Below, piece after piece: positions 26,373 through 40,559 of a stretch of 64,000 nt of DNA. Source of the DNA: Epiperipatus broadwayi (taxonomy: Eukaryota; Animalia; Onychophora); the NCBI GenBank assembly GCA_028023455.1, contig JAQFVV010000006.1:11160001-11224000 (forward strand), written 5' to 3'. Made by a program: the position numbers and the translations under genes. The notes beneath the pieces are model-generated. The model had not been told where the DNA came from and ran no database searches. It saw only the letters and a program-made list of their open reading frames with translations. The first letter of the stretch is position 1, and each line of letters opens with the position of its first letter.

Positions 26373-27390
26373 CTAAATGCTTCCAATTCTTAATTAATAT
26401 AACTGACACACCTAAGTTGTGGTCAGTTTCCATGCTGGAATTGTTTACCTTTGGTAACTGCTGGCAACATTACTACTTCTGATTCATTGTGATATAAATT
26501 TTTGTAGCATCTTTGTTATTCTTTTTACTCTTAGACTTGTACTAAAGTGATATGTTCATTGACTTCATAATTTGTCCAAATTTTTCTGATTTTGTTTATT
26601 TTGCAAACCCTCTGACCCAGTTTCTTCAAGCAATAGCACTTGAATTTTTTCTTATACCCTTATTGCATGCTTGTTTTATTAGTTTGCTCTGAACTTTTGG
26701 ATGACTAATAATCAATCATCTGTAGTGCTGAAGTCAACGTACTCTTTGGACTAATCGAGCAGCAACTCATGCACCACATCTTAAGAGTAGCCTCTTTAAA
26801 TAGTAGGGCACTGCCTGTGAGAACCTGCTCTTTGAACTTCATCTCCATCATTCCCCGAAGCAACTGCTCTGAGTTTTTCCCAGAAATTGCCTATGGGCAT
26901 AATTTCTTGTCAAAGCTATGTGAACAGTTTATTATTTACATTTCTCTCCTTTGCCTGGTGTCAGTTTCTAACATAAAGCTTAGCAATATATTTGGAGGGA
27001 GTGGACAAAATATAAAGTTATTTTTTTTTATTACATCATTCCATGGAAAACTTCCAATTCCACTACTTCCTATAAATAATTTGCAATCTTGATAATTGTT
27101 TGACTAGTGAACCCCAAAAATATTGACTTTTTCATGTAGTCTTTCTGAATTTTATCAAAAAGCAAAACCATCTACATCCTTTATCTATAATGCCCAATTA
27201 GTTACATTATTCGCATTGAATCTGCCAGTACATTTGCGTTTTGTGTGACATTTTCTCCTGAACCAAAATTTTGAATTCAATTCCATGATTATAAATGGAT
27301 TCAAATGCTATTCATTTACTTTAAATGCACAGTATTTTCCAGTACTTCTTTAATTTGATAGCATCAATAGGATGCTGGCTGCTACCATGT
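26373..27390 (-). pseudogene. Ty3/Gypsy gag/protease remnant, the 5' part of the element cut by the hAT
   Basis: A decayed zinc knuckle (KCYCLKKLGQRVC), a protease-like GKQFxMETDHNLGVSVI, and a possible LTR-end/PBS ACA-TGGTAGCAG at 27390-27379. Confidence 0.45.
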
Positions 27391-27544
27391 TAAAAAACCT
27401 TGATATTTCCCTGAACTGTTCATTTAATTTGGCTGTGCCAATTTAATTGTTTCACCGGGACATATAATACAAATTACAGCTACTCACAGTCAAGACAAAC
27501 ACTTTTACAAAGAAAAAATATTGATAGCCATGTAAATGTTATTA

Positions 27545-27715
27545 AACAAGGCAAAACTCTCCATACAGTAATGCCACCCTGTGCCAACCAGAGTAATCAA
27601 TGGATGCCAGAAGGCTTGTGCATAAAATCCCTATCTATTGCCTATTCATCCAATATCCCCAGACTAGTTTCTGGCTTATGGCCAAGAGATGGTGATCATG
27701 TGATGTTTAGTGGCC
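27545..27715 (-). repeat. Family-C repeat with truncated HHR (CUGAUGA deleted)
   Basis: ccaatatccccagactagtttctggcttatggcc; homologous to 60589-60730. Confidence 0.75.
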
Positions 27716-30463
27716 AATAAGTTATTAAATATGAACACTTGAATTAACTTATTGTAAAGAAAAATGTTATCAATCACATATGTAAGTACAGTCATTACTT
27801 ACCATTGTTAAATATTATTTACAATTATTAAAATATGACTTACAATAATAAATTCATCTGGAGGCTTATAAAAGTAATAAGTTAGCCAAGTGAGGCCTTT
27901 ACAAGTAATTCTCGAGACTTGCTTTCAAACCTCAAAGGCAGATCTCCTCAGCTCATCCTTTCCCTTGTCATAGTATTGTTCCATGAATACAAATAATAGA
28001 AATTCATGTACACATTGTTTATGTAGAAGGCAAGAGACACTAAAGTTGTTTTCGTCTTCTATTTATTAACAATAATCCTATTGTTCTGCGCAGTATTAAA
28101 TAGATAGATTATTAAAAATCAAGTGTATCCATTGTTTTTATGTAAATTAATCCAAATAATCTTTATTTATGAATATAGTTAATTAAATTTCACAGTAGTT
28201 AGATTTAATTATGCAAAATTCAATTACTTAATTACGTGACTACTGGAATGTATATCAAAATAAAACTTGGATGTCCTAGTGACATAATATAAAGATATTT
28301 TTTTATTATTTAAGTCTGGGTACTTTGGTATTATTCCTGCAATAAGTATTATTTATGTGATGTTTGCATCTGGTAATAATTATTCAAAGTTTCTATTTAT
28401 GATGTCATGTTATCCAAGAATCCTGGCATGACTAATCCATGTCAAAAATATACAAGTTACTAACTTCTCACATATATACACGTCACCAAGTTGGAAAACA
28501 TGCTAACTTGTGTTCAGCCTGCCAATGATTTTTTTCTCCACAATATTATACATCTCTCATATCATTTGTAACTAATATGGTTTTATATTTAAAAATACAT
28601 TTACAGCTTAAAAAATTTATATTTGTGTGGGTTTTTTTTTATTTGCTAAACTTTATATATATTTTTAAAAAATATTTAAAATATAAGGTTAAAGTTACAG
28701 TTCAACATTTTTAGATAAAACTAAAATTTTATCTTACAGTTCACTATTTATTTTAAAGTTAAAAATAAAAACTATAAAGCTGAAACAATGTTACGGTTCA
28801 TCATCTAAAAAACATTTCAGGGTTCTTTTTCATATTTTCCCTTTGTCCATAATGAATATATTTCTCCATCATTAGAAATAAGATGTTTTTTAGATTTGAA
28901 GTTTGGTATTACATGTGCTGGGTGTTTATTATGCCATGAAGTGTCATATTAGGCCTAGTGGGAAAGGATGGCTTTGACAACACAAAGTGTCATAAAAAAC
29001 GTACAACTACCTGTTTTTATTTAGTATCATGTTTTTTCCTTTTTCCATAATGAATATATGTCTCCATTTTTTTTTTTAGATTTGAAGTTTGATATTACAC
29101 CTGGTTTGACTTATTATTCACGATGTTTTATTCTAAATTTGCGATATGTTTAAAATAACATCTCTGCAGGATCTGCGAAAATTTGATCAATTAACTTTGT
29201 TCATACATTCTTTGGAGGCATTATTTTAACATCACAAATGTAGAATAATACATCAGAGCAGGAATAATACCAAAGTATCTAAGTCTGCTCTGGAAAATCC
29301 TAAAAATATGGACCAAAATTATAAAGCTAATCAATAGGTTCTCCATCTCAATAGATGTGATTCTGCAAAGTCCATTGTTGTAAAATCTTATCTTTGATGA
29401 TTGGGCATATAAAATGAATGACAAGACTCTTAAAAAAATATTTTATTGTGAACTTGAAGATTGCTTTTTGTGGGAAAGCTGTTTATATTATAAAGATTAT
29501 CTTAAAAGCAATTTAAAGTACTATGTTGATTGTCTTTATTGAAAAAATATGACTAAGGATAAAATACAATGGAGAGCTACAATTATAGAATGATAGCCGA
29601 AATTAAAAGACATTGCAAAATATCAAATAAATAGAATGTTCTGCATATGGACGTGTCTCACGGATTAGTTTATATTGTCCTCACAAATCTTATTTGTAGC
29701 ATATATTCTATTTATACATACTAGCCATACTAATTTGTAAATGTCTGTTTGCTGTTAAATTTTTCAACTCTGCCATTATATGCATAAATTAGACAGTCAT
29801 TAATTATACAATTTGTTTTTGCCCTATCTACACAAGTCGAAAGGCTATTAAATTACATTTCTAAATTAGAAAGAGTGACTGTGGGTCTATTGATAAGATA
29901 CTAATAAAGTATGAGATTAATAATTGTAGAAGGGAAAAAAAGAATTGTTAGAGATCTCTGCAAGAAAACCCCCTTTTTAAATCATGTTTATAAAATTACC
30001 AAATTTCTTGCTTGAACATTTTGATTTGAAGCAGTTGTTAAATAATGAAAAATACTTTTTTTCTCAATTGAATATACAGTTCTGGGTTTTTTTTCTATAT
30101 TATACATAATGTATTACATATATTTTTAAATACTCATTGAAAATTAATGATAGACTTTAGGAATTACTGGAAAAATCGGAAATCGTGCTTAACAGTGTTT
30201 AATATTTCAATACAAGATACATTTTGTTCCGCCATGTACAGTGCGAAAAAATTAGCGTCCTCTGATGATTTTTTTCCGTAACAATAAATCTCGAAATTGT
30301 CTCGTGACAATTCTCACACCCAAAACCAAATGTTGGTGTTGGCCTTTTAGGCCAGTAAATAAGCTAACTATCGAACAAAATAGAGTAATTTTTCACGTAT
30401 CTGTTAAAATGGAATATTACTGGTTCAAACTAATATCATGATGGAATATAAAGAACTTTAATC

Positions 30464-30527
30464 ATGCATCGTTTTGTTCCTTGGTCATTGGTATTAGTTG
30501 GTGGGTTGGGTACTTTGTCAGAAGAAG
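30464..30527 (+). CDS. Candidate first coding exon of an unidentified host gene (MHRFVPWSLVLVGGLGTLSEE)
   Basis: An ATG in a locally CpG-rich, non-repetitive stretch ending at a strong donor GAAG|GTAAGA. No homology recognised. Confidence 0.3.
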
Positions 30528-33500
30528 GTAAGATCTGTTCAGTGTCATAACGTTATAATTAATGGGAAAGTAAAGTAACTATTAATAATGATCTAATTTT
30601 TGTCAATTTATATTTCCGTATTTCAATGAAATCTTACCGGCAGTTATTGATTTCTTTTTTTAACTCTCCGGAATCTAGAAATTAATTATTAAAAGATAAA
30701 TGATTTTTACTGTTCTAAATTAATAAATCAACGTATTCTAAAAATGTTTAACTGTAAATATTCCAAATGATTGAAAATATATTTTGTATTTATTAATTAA
30801 TAATATGATATTGTTAACACTTCCGCTGATATATTTTTTAGAATTTTATCGAGAGATGTACTAATTGCTATAATAAAGTCAAATTTTTGCTATTAATACT
30901 TTGCTTAACGATTACGAATCTCAATTTGTTTACAGTTTTATTTTTAAAAATAGTAATTGGGAATTTAAATAGTAATATAGAAGTGATATTGTTGTACTTT
31001 TAATTTCTATTTATGGGCTCATTGTACGTAAATAAGACAAAAACAAAACAAATAATTTAATTTTGATATTAGTAATTCTGCGAATTTTAAAAACAGCCAT
31101 TCTAATGACTTAAATTAATAATAATAATACAAATTCTTTTCAGTATGTAAAATTCTAAAATTGAGGAAATATATTTGATAATTACTAAAATTACGAGTTC
31201 ATTGTAATATCGCCACATGCTCCAAGCTGCCCACGGCTGTATGTATTTAAAGGGGCATTTTGAGTTGAATATTCTACAGTATATATAACGATTATGCACA
31301 TCAGTTTTATTGCTATGTATTTGTGGTCTTGATATTCGAATAACTTATTTGTTATGAAAAATGATGAGAAACTTAAACAACAAAAAAAGATTTTAAAATA
31401 AAGCAGATCAACTTTTTATAAGTAATTCCAAGGTGTCCTAAAATAAAAAGTTAATGTTAAGGCAAAATACGACTAGTAGAAAAACAATGCATTCAATAAA
31501 AATATAGTTCTTTGAACTACCTGTACTACAATATGTATTTTATTTATAATATTTAGAGTAAACAAAGTACTTAAATAATATGTAATAATTGCAAGAAAGT
31601 TAGATATGAAAAAATTTAAGGGGAAATATCTCCAAATCAAAATGATTATAGTAGTTTTTAAGTGTATGTGCTGTTGAAAAAAAAAAAAATAGAAAGTTTT
31701 TTAAATTTTTTTTAAATGATGTACTATAGATAATAGAATTTTTGTTCCCGAATTAAGATTAAGCACTGCCAGAATCCATAGATTACTAATTGTAGTGATT
31801 TTATTTGTTCCTGGTTTGATTCTTAGTTAAATGAAGTTTTAAAAAAATGTATCTTAGTTTGATTATTTTAAATGAAATATTGCGCTCAGCCTTCCACTTG
31901 GATGCTCTAATGTTAAGAAACTATGATGTATAGAGATTTTAAGACAAAAGTTCAACAACTGACCAAAAAACTTAAAAATGATTGATAGTTTAAAACTGGA
32001 AAGGAGGTGCAATTATGTGCTAATCATAATTTCTATAGAACTCTTTTTTGATATTAAAATAACATGGATTTGAAAAACAATATTATAATACCATTAAATT
32101 CATGGATTGCATTTATGGGTATACTTGATAAGGATAATATTTCAAACGTAGAAGTATTATCATGTTTTGAATAATAATGCAAGAATTGAGATGTCTACTT
32201 CTAATAATAAATATATCCTTCCTATCTCCTCATTTGGTTAAGGACAAATTGTTTTCATACAACATTTATAATAAATCTGCAGTTTCTGTATGTTTATTTT
32301 TAAATAATAATAAAATTTATTAAGAGTTGCACACTTCATATCAGCTGATTTTAGGAGTAAGTTTTTTTCTCCCTAATTCTCTTAAAAGTTTTATATCAAT
32401 TACACTTTTTAGTTTAGTATATTTATTTAATACTATACAGTGGAGCAATGATATCACTATATTTTGTTCCAATTCTTCCTTGCATATAGCTTACATTGCA
32501 TATGAAGTTCACATTTTACTGATAAGCTTTAATTATAATAGAATATGTATTAATTATTAAATTGAGCATGTACCATACTTTTCACCATGCACATATATGA
32601 TAAATGCTTTTCTATGTATATAGTATGCATATATAAATTAAGATTATAGAATAAAATTTTAAAAAATTAATGTAGTTATTAATAACATTGAGAAATGATT
32701 TATATATATGTTTACTATGTGTGTGTTCAATCATTTGAATTCACTCAAAAAATAAAAATAATAACAAACTCACTGCACCGTATCTTTATTTTTTTAAAAT
32801 AAAATCAATAGTCAAATGTCAGACCTTTACAATAATTAAATATGCTCTGGATAATAGACTTTTTCTTCAGTAACCTTTTTTCCAATAGAAACAAAATAGC
32901 AGTCTTGTCATCAGCAAACTACCGCCTCTAGTTGTTTTGATATTTTTCAATCCATATCGACTTTAGAAACAATCCAATCACCCAAACTTGCCATTGCCCT
33001 TTTCCGATTTTAGTTTACATTTTTCAACCTTTAAGCTTTCTGATGCCATATAAGAATGATTTACAGTTTTTTTTTTTCTAACACTACTTTCATTTTATCC
33101 CTTAAGTTTATACATTTTAATAATTTATTCTTAAAAATATTTGTTAGATGAAATATTATATACATTAAATTCGGAAAGGATAATAAAGTGAAGAGTAAAA
33201 TATATTTATTTTCAATGTAATTGGAAGAAATATTGTTAATAGCCTTGATTGCATGTAACATTTGAGACTGAAACATGGCTGCGGTCATATCATAAAATTT
33301 ATTATATTTATAAATTTTAATGTTTGTTTATTTATATTTTTTTGGATGGTGTATAATTGAAGTAGTCCATTTGATCTAATGTATATTGTGGCTTTACTGT
33401 TATGTTTTTTAATTTGATTTTAAAATATATAAGTATATTTATATTTTGTATTATAATCAATATCTAATGCATCCTTAGAATTTTGTTACAACTGATTTGT

Positions 33501-34128
33501 AATCGTAAATTAATATTATTTTCAAGTTTTATTATATATTTTTCTAATCATCATTGTCATTTACATTAATTATCTGCAAAAAGGCAGACTTTCCACGACA
33601 GCCTATCGGTTTATCCTTTGCTTAGTTCTTTGCTCTCTGCTAGCACCTTTTTAAAATTCATCAGTCAACTTTTACTTTTTCTTTCTTTCTATGCTCTACA
33701 GATTCTTCCAATATACCTTTCATAATTCATCTATCTTTAAATGTATATTCAGTACAGTTTTTCTTCCATAATTAATCTTTTATAGACCACACAATCCATT
33801 GATAGCATCAATTCATTACAGTTAGAAATTGCAATCTTAATATTTGAAATGTGATCAGTCTAACAATTTATTGCTGGTTTTGAGATTTGAAAAATTCTTC
33901 AATATTATGAGAATATAAAAGCACCCATTTGTGAACAATAATTTTGTATTATAGATTAGTTAGTCAATCATTTAATTAACTTGCCTATATTTGTTAATTC
34001 AAATATTTTCTTGAATGAAAGATAATTGTAATTATTGGTGCACAGTTATCTCGATTAGATTTTAGTCAAGCTTAAAAAAAATGTTGATTAGCTATATTTG
34101 TGTATTTTATCATTAAAAGTTGAAAGCT

Positions 34129-34239
34129 GTCTTGCGTTGTTAGCCGAGAGGTATCGCAACCGCCATGCAAGCAAGTAGTTGGTTGCAGACGGGTGTGGGT
34201 TCGCGTCCCGGCAGATGCTATGACATATGAAAAAAAAAA
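34129..34239 (+). mobile_element. tRNA-derived SINE
   Basis: A box TAGCCGAGAGG (34141), B box GGTTCGCGTCC (34198), poly-A tail, 14-bp TSD AAAAGTTGAAAGCT. Confidence 0.9.
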
Positions 34240-35036
34240 AAAAGTTGAAAGCTTTGTATAAATACATGGTTTTATTATAAAAATAATCTTATTGGAAGAA
34301 AAATTAATTAAAATGTAGCTTATGTTTTAGTGCAATTCAGAATTTGTCTTTCTAAAAATGTTTGTTCATGTTTATTTTATAGAAAGAGGAAATTTTGAAG
34401 AAAGTATATTTTCATATTTTCTATATGTCTATCTTTATAATTAGAAGTGTGTGCTTTGGTATGAAAGTTTTGGGTGAAAACTTAACATAATGAAGGGGGT
34501 AAAAGGCGTATGGCTTTACTGTTCAGGTGTTAATAAGTTCGAGCATTACCAACAGTGCCAAAATGCACAGGGTATAATGAAGAAATAAAATATAATCAAG
34601 ATAGTTTTATATCAAATACAGTGCCCCCCCCCTAAATGATCATAAACTATCACATATATATGTTTGATGTATATCTTGTATAGCTAATATATGCCACTAA
34701 TTTTATTATACTTATGTATTACAAATTGTTTGTTTTTTTTATCTGACAAATTTTGGTTTTTATTTAAAGCTTTATTTTTATAAAATTTAGTAAAAAAAAA
34801 AATTGTGCTAGAGAAAGCTAAGTATATGTTTCTTTAATCTCTTTTTAATAAATTTAAGGACACCCTTTTAACTTTTTAAAACTGAAAGTATGAAAGAAAG
34901 TTGATTTTTATCTTGAATTTCTCCATGTAATTTTTGACACTCTCAAAAATAAAATATCAAGTAAATTGCTCAAATCTCTTTATAAGAAAAATTAAAATTA
35001 CAAAAATCACCCTTTTCTTTATTTTGCTGTAATATC

Positions 35037-35288
35037 TTATATAAATACAATTTATCCAAACCATTTCAAACACTTTTTAGCAAAACCCTTTATTTGTATA
35101 TATATACACCTACATTTCGATTGTCCTGCAGTCTTCTTCACACCTACATTTCGACTGTCCTGCAATCTTCTTCAGAAGGCCTCTGAAGAAGACTCCAGGA
35201 TAATCGAAATGTAAGTGTATATATATGTACAAATAAAGGGTTTTGCTAAAAAGTGTTTGAAGTAGTTTGGAAAAATTGTATTTATATA
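35037..35288. mobile_element. Foldback with three HHR cores (35111-35140 -, 35145-35175 -, 35183-35213 +)
   Basis: The arms meet at AGGCCT. Cores read CUGAAGA-A-GA(C/U)UG(CAGGA)CA(G/A)UC-GAAA-UGUA, with a 34-bp tandem duplication of the core in the left arm. Confidence 0.8.
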
Positions 35289-38171
35289 AAAATTAAAATT
35301 ATTATACAAAAGCTAGTCTTCTAATTTTTACTAATCCTCTTTCAAAAACAAAATGTGTGGATAATAAATGAATAGGTTGAAATATTGTTGTCTGTGATTA
35401 ATAATTCTGAATGACATTTTCATTTTTTTTATTAAATTCAATTAAAATTTCAATTTGTTTTTAATTCTTAATCATATTATTTTAGTAGTGCTTCACATAA
35501 AGTTGTGTAAACACATAATATAGATATATAAAGCTGTATGACTCATGGATGTATACATATATGTTATCATTGTTATCAAATATTTATCCATTATAAAGTT
35601 GATTATTCCAATATAATCCTGTTTTTCCAATCCTTATTTTTTCTTCATAAATCCATTAAACTTTTGTGTATTATCCAGCCTTCTCACATGTGGAATCTTT
35701 CTAATTCACAGTCTCTTGGGATTAAATTTAGGATATTATTTATCTAGCTAGTGAATTCTTTTCTAGCTCCATTTCAATCTCCTAATTATTTTAGTGTTAG
35801 TTTGTTCTCTTACACCTATATTTCATCTACACACACTTATTTGTAATCCCATCTCACAACACTATAATATGTTATGGTCTATAGTTTCTGTACTTTTATT
35901 AAGTATTCAAATGCCATTTACACACATTTAATGAAATTATATTTTTGTTTTTACACTATCTTCATTTTTATATTCATGTGTTTATATAAACACTTTACTC
36001 TCTTAAGATCATAAAATACTTTTTATCTTAAATCTTGCAAGTCTCTTTTCATTCATCTTTCACAATAGTTCTATGTCCATTCTATATATTTAGCTTACTA
36101 AAGCATTGCAAATTTCAAGTCAGCTGATTTAGAAGTAAACTCCCCACCCACCCATTCTTTAAATTTTCAGTTCAATTAGACTTCTTAGTTTTAGATATTT
36201 TACTTAAATAATATTTATTTTAAAATGTTTATACATGAATATTTTTATCATAAAGTTTATTCTTGAAATAAGTGATTACATAGTTTATATTAGTTTAGGG
36301 CATATAATACTTATTGCATATATACATATTTTAGTTGTGTTGGAATTAGTATTACATATCTATATACACACATATATATATATTCTTTATATCAGATTCA
36401 AAGAGAATTATATATAAGTAGTGAATAAGTTAATTAGGATATGAACATGCTGTTAAATTTAAACTAGTTTTGTGGGTTAGTGTTCAATTGGGTGGTTGAC
36501 TTATTACTTATGAATTTTAAAACAATGAAACCTATATGGTTAATGAAAGGTATTGGATATTAAAGCAAAAATCATATCCTACTTTTTAATGAACAGTGAT
36601 ATAAGTAAGATTATTAAGCTCCATGTAGCTGCATATATATATATATGGGGATATAAGATTTTGATCTCTAATTTTTATTTTGTGATTGTAGTTTCTTAGA
36701 TGTTGAGTTAAAGCAGAAATGGTACCTAAGAAACCAAATAATGAATCGAATATAAATAGTTGTCCTAATGCTTGGGAAAAGTCCTCTTTCTATGCTGTTG
36801 ATGTGCTTTATGAGTGAGGCCGATTGCAACTTAGTGATATCTGTAATGAGAGTTTGATAAATTTGAAGTGATGGCCATTTAAAGAGAAAGTGTTGGAGTT
36901 TCTTTTTGTGGCAGAATGCGCAGTTGATTCTCTATTGGCAGTTATCATTCTGTTAGCTAAGAAGCTACCAGGTTGGTAATGTTTCCAAATTAATCTTAAT
37001 AAGGAAATCAAGATATTTAGGCTCTAGGTCTCAGAATTTAATTTTTTGGATGATTTTATTTGTGCGATGAAGAAGAGGTTGGATTGTTAGTAAATTCTCA
37101 GTTTTGTGGGCAAGGTTATAAGCTTCCCAGTAATTAATTTTTGTTGATAGGTTATGTTCCGTGAGGATGGAGTAATACTTTATGGTATAACTGTATACTT
37201 AATGAATGCTTGGACTTCTTGTTACAACTGGCCCAGAATCATAATTTATTTATGTTTTTTAAAAATTTTTACCTTTAATTTTCTAGTTATCATTATTATT
37301 TGCTATCTTCAAAAGCAGGTCCTGCATATCAATCTATTGGGTTCATCCCTTACTCAGTTCTTCACCCACTACTTATTAAGTGACAAGACTTTTTTCATAC
37401 ATTTCCAACATATCTCACACAATATGTTTATTTTTAAATATATGCTCAATCAAATTTCTCTCCCATTCATATTTTATCAGTAAATAATGCTTTTTCTTCA
37501 TTTTTAAAAAAAATATTTTCAAATTTTTATCTATTATATTCCAGTTCCACATCTCATGAGCTTTTTTTTATTATCTTATCACCCAAGTTTCTGCCAACGT
37601 AGTTATTCTTTAAACAAAATATTTACCATCGTTGGCCCACACAATAATTCTTCTACATTTATTAAAAGCCTATTTATCATTGGAATTTTTATTGCAGTAT
37701 TTTTGTTATTATTTTCATCCCCAATTAAAGAAATTTTGTATTTTAAAGTGTTACTTTTTGCCAAAATTACTCTTCAATTTTTATCATTCCTATCTGTTTT
37801 AATGCTTTTAAATTTAAAAGTTTGTATTTTTATCTCAAACTTTTACTCCAAAGATAAACAGCTCTGCTTAATGTTATTAGTATCTGCAAGTTATGTTATA
37901 CTATCAGCAAATCTAATGCGATGAATCTTCCTACTCCAACATTCACACTGTTCTTAGTAAAATAACATTCATTTAATAATTTATGTGAGATGGTACTAAA
38001 CACAGTTTTAAAAATATCTTTGGATTCTTAAATTGAATGTTTTGTAAAACCTTAAATCTCTGATAAATGTTACTTTTGAATAAGCTCAATGGGGCCATCA
38101 CAACCTTAGTAATTGGTTCTAAGTCTGTCATGAGTAACCTAAATCTAAAGATAATTCCAGATTATACACAT

Positions 38172-38383
38172 GAATATCATTTTCAACCATTATTGGTCCA
38201 CTTCAGGATGGTCTCTCCAAGTTCAATCCATCTCCGATTTCTAGCCTTTTTTTCCACATCATCCCAGCATGCTTCCTTATTTCATTCATCCATCTCACGT
38301 GTCCTCTTTCTAGATATTTTACAATCTCTTGGAATCCTGTTTAAGATTTCAATTATTCATCTATTATCATCTCCTCTAGCAGT
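38172..38383 (-). pseudogene. RTE-type LINE 3' end
   Basis: Reverse-complement homologue of 38850-39111. Confidence 0.8.
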
Positions 38384-38554
38384 ATATATATATGAGTATA
38401 CTTATATATCTATATATGTAGATGCACATCTATTATCCATTTAAATTTTGTATTGCATATTAAGACAGTGGCAAAAACAATAACAAATTAAGTACTGTAT
38501 AGTACTGCATAATTTTTAACATGTATATATGCTAACATTCATTCTGCCTTATCA

Positions 38555-38822
38555 GGCAACTGAGAAGAAAGACCATAGTGTTTCTTGATCTTAAACTCAG
38601 AGGTAAAAAGTCAATAAACTCACTACACTGGCTAATGCGTGTTGATGAGCAGCCCATTCATGTTCGTATACTTTATGAATAATCATATAGTAATAACAGC
38701 TGCAACAACAAGAACGTATGGAGTGGACATTAGGAATTTGCTCTGCTTGGTTCCTTTAAGGCTTCCAAGAGGAAGGGTCATCTTTCAGTTAATAGCAAAC
38801 TCTTTTCTGCAGTATATGGGTA
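38555..38822 (+). repeat. Unclassified old dispersed repeat (second copy 63065-63321, minus)
   Basis: The two copies are collinear over ~260 bp, including an identical caactgagaagaaagaccatagt. Confidence 0.7.
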
Positions 38823-38849
38823 AGAGAACAAACAGGTGTTACTTACCTC

Positions 38850-39111
38850 ATTGAAAAAATTAAAAGACTGAAGTGGAGTTGGGCTGGACATATTGTTAGG
38901 AGAGATGATAATAGATGGACAATTGAAATCTTAAACTGGATTCCAAGAGATTGTAAAAGATCCAGAAAGAGATCACATGTGAGATGGATGGATGAAATAA
39001 AAAAGTGTGCAGGAGTGATATGGAGAAGAGAAGCTAAAGATCGGAGAAGATGGATTGAACTTGGAGAGACCTTCATCCTGCAGTGGGTTGATAATGGTTG
39101 ATGATGATGAT
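38850..39111 (+). pseudogene. RTE-type LINE 3' end with (GAT)n tail
   Basis: KRLKWSWAGHIVRRDDNRWT...WIELGETFILQWVDNG* followed by GATGATGAT. Confidence 0.85.
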
Positions 39112-40283
39112 ATATGCTAAATTTTTGCATGTGTATATATGTACAAATATGCTTGTATACATATTTGTATTACTTGTAAATGGACGTTTATGTTTACGTT
39201 TAATGGTTTGAACAAGGCAAGGGAAATTCTTTTCCAGAGATTTAGGTGTTTTTTTTTTCTTTTAGGTAGCTGGCTCATAGTCAACCTCACTCAATCATCC
39301 CATTATTGATCTGTAAATGCATGTTTTGGTACCCTTAGCTAGAAGATAATAAGATTGGAAAACTATATCTGATGAGTATGACCTTAATTTGTTTCTCTAT
39401 GAAGTGCTGTTTTGTCCTGTAGTTGGGATAAACATTTGAGTACTCTTTGCTCTGCATGATTTAATACCGTAGGAAACTGGATGACAGCTCCAGCTTTACC
39501 ACTTCTGGGATTCAAACTTTTTACAAATTCCTGAATAATAATCTGATCAATTATTATCATCATTATCACCATTATGGTGAAAATATGTATACCATTTTTT
39601 GCCAAGGGATCAAAGAAGTTATAATACGCATATAGCTGAATTCACTAAAATATATAATTGTTAGATTAATGTCAGATCTAAATAATTATACAAGTGAATT
39701 GATTTGGGTTCAAAATCTCAAGATTATTGTCGGTTGTGTGAATGCAATTCATTTTTTATTGTTAAAGGCCAGTCACCAGAAACGCATCTGGGAACTTGAA
39801 TATGGCTTAACCATTTAGCATTTATTAATTACTTAAACTGACAATAGATGGTGTTGAAATAAACAAATATGGCCATCTGATTTCCAGAAAAACAAAAAGA
39901 CAAAGAATGAGAAATAAGTGAACAAAGATTAACAGTAAAGTTGAAGATTAGTGATTGGAGTCAGATTAAAGAATTGGGGATATACCATCACATTGCTAAA
40001 GTGCAGAGAGATGTCACATGGACCTTATGAAACTTGATCATATATTAATCTAAATGATGGAAGACAGTAAAGTAAAAGAAAACAGAGGTTGAGAGAAAGA
40101 ACAATAGTAATTTGTTTATGATATCAGGAATAATTATTAAATTCTGTTAAAAAGTTGATTACTTTCATCTTTTGCAGATTTTTTTCATATTTTAACAAAA
40201 GTTTCCAGCAAATCATTGTAAATCATATAGATTTAAACATATAGGTAATGATTATGTTTGTGAACTAATTTTTATTTTTACAG

Positions 40284-40324
40284 TACAAGGGTAATTGCTG
40301 CTACGTTTGATGTTTCACTTAGAA
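40284..40324 (+). CDS. Candidate internal host exon (TRVIAATFDVSLR)
   Basis: Acceptor TTTTTACAG and donor GTAAGA; one open frame, phase-compatible with 46570. Confidence 0.35.
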
Positions 40325-40559
40325 GTAAGAGGCAGATCTTATCACCCCATTCTAAGGGGGAAATATCTTCTGCCATTAATTTTAATATGTAAAAAGTACA
40401 AATTTGTAATTAATATTACCATTTATAACTTTGCTATAGAATTATAAGATTGTTCATATTTTTTTGCTGTTATCATAATTTTTTAATTGACTAAGAGATG
40501 TAAGTTAGTGCATTTCATAATGATATAAACATATGGGAAAAGCTTAATGTAATAATATT

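Noticed and set aside
38556-38820. Two apparent in-frame exons (QLRRKTIVFLDLKLR / ATTRTYGVD...)
   Set aside because: The whole segment, including the supposed intron, has a diverged copy at 63065-63321, so it is a repeat.
39370-39400. CTGATGAG matches at ~39370, and similar CTGA(T/A)GA hits at ~14202, 30262 and 52064
   Set aside because: No stem II or GAAA at a suitable distance; chance hits.
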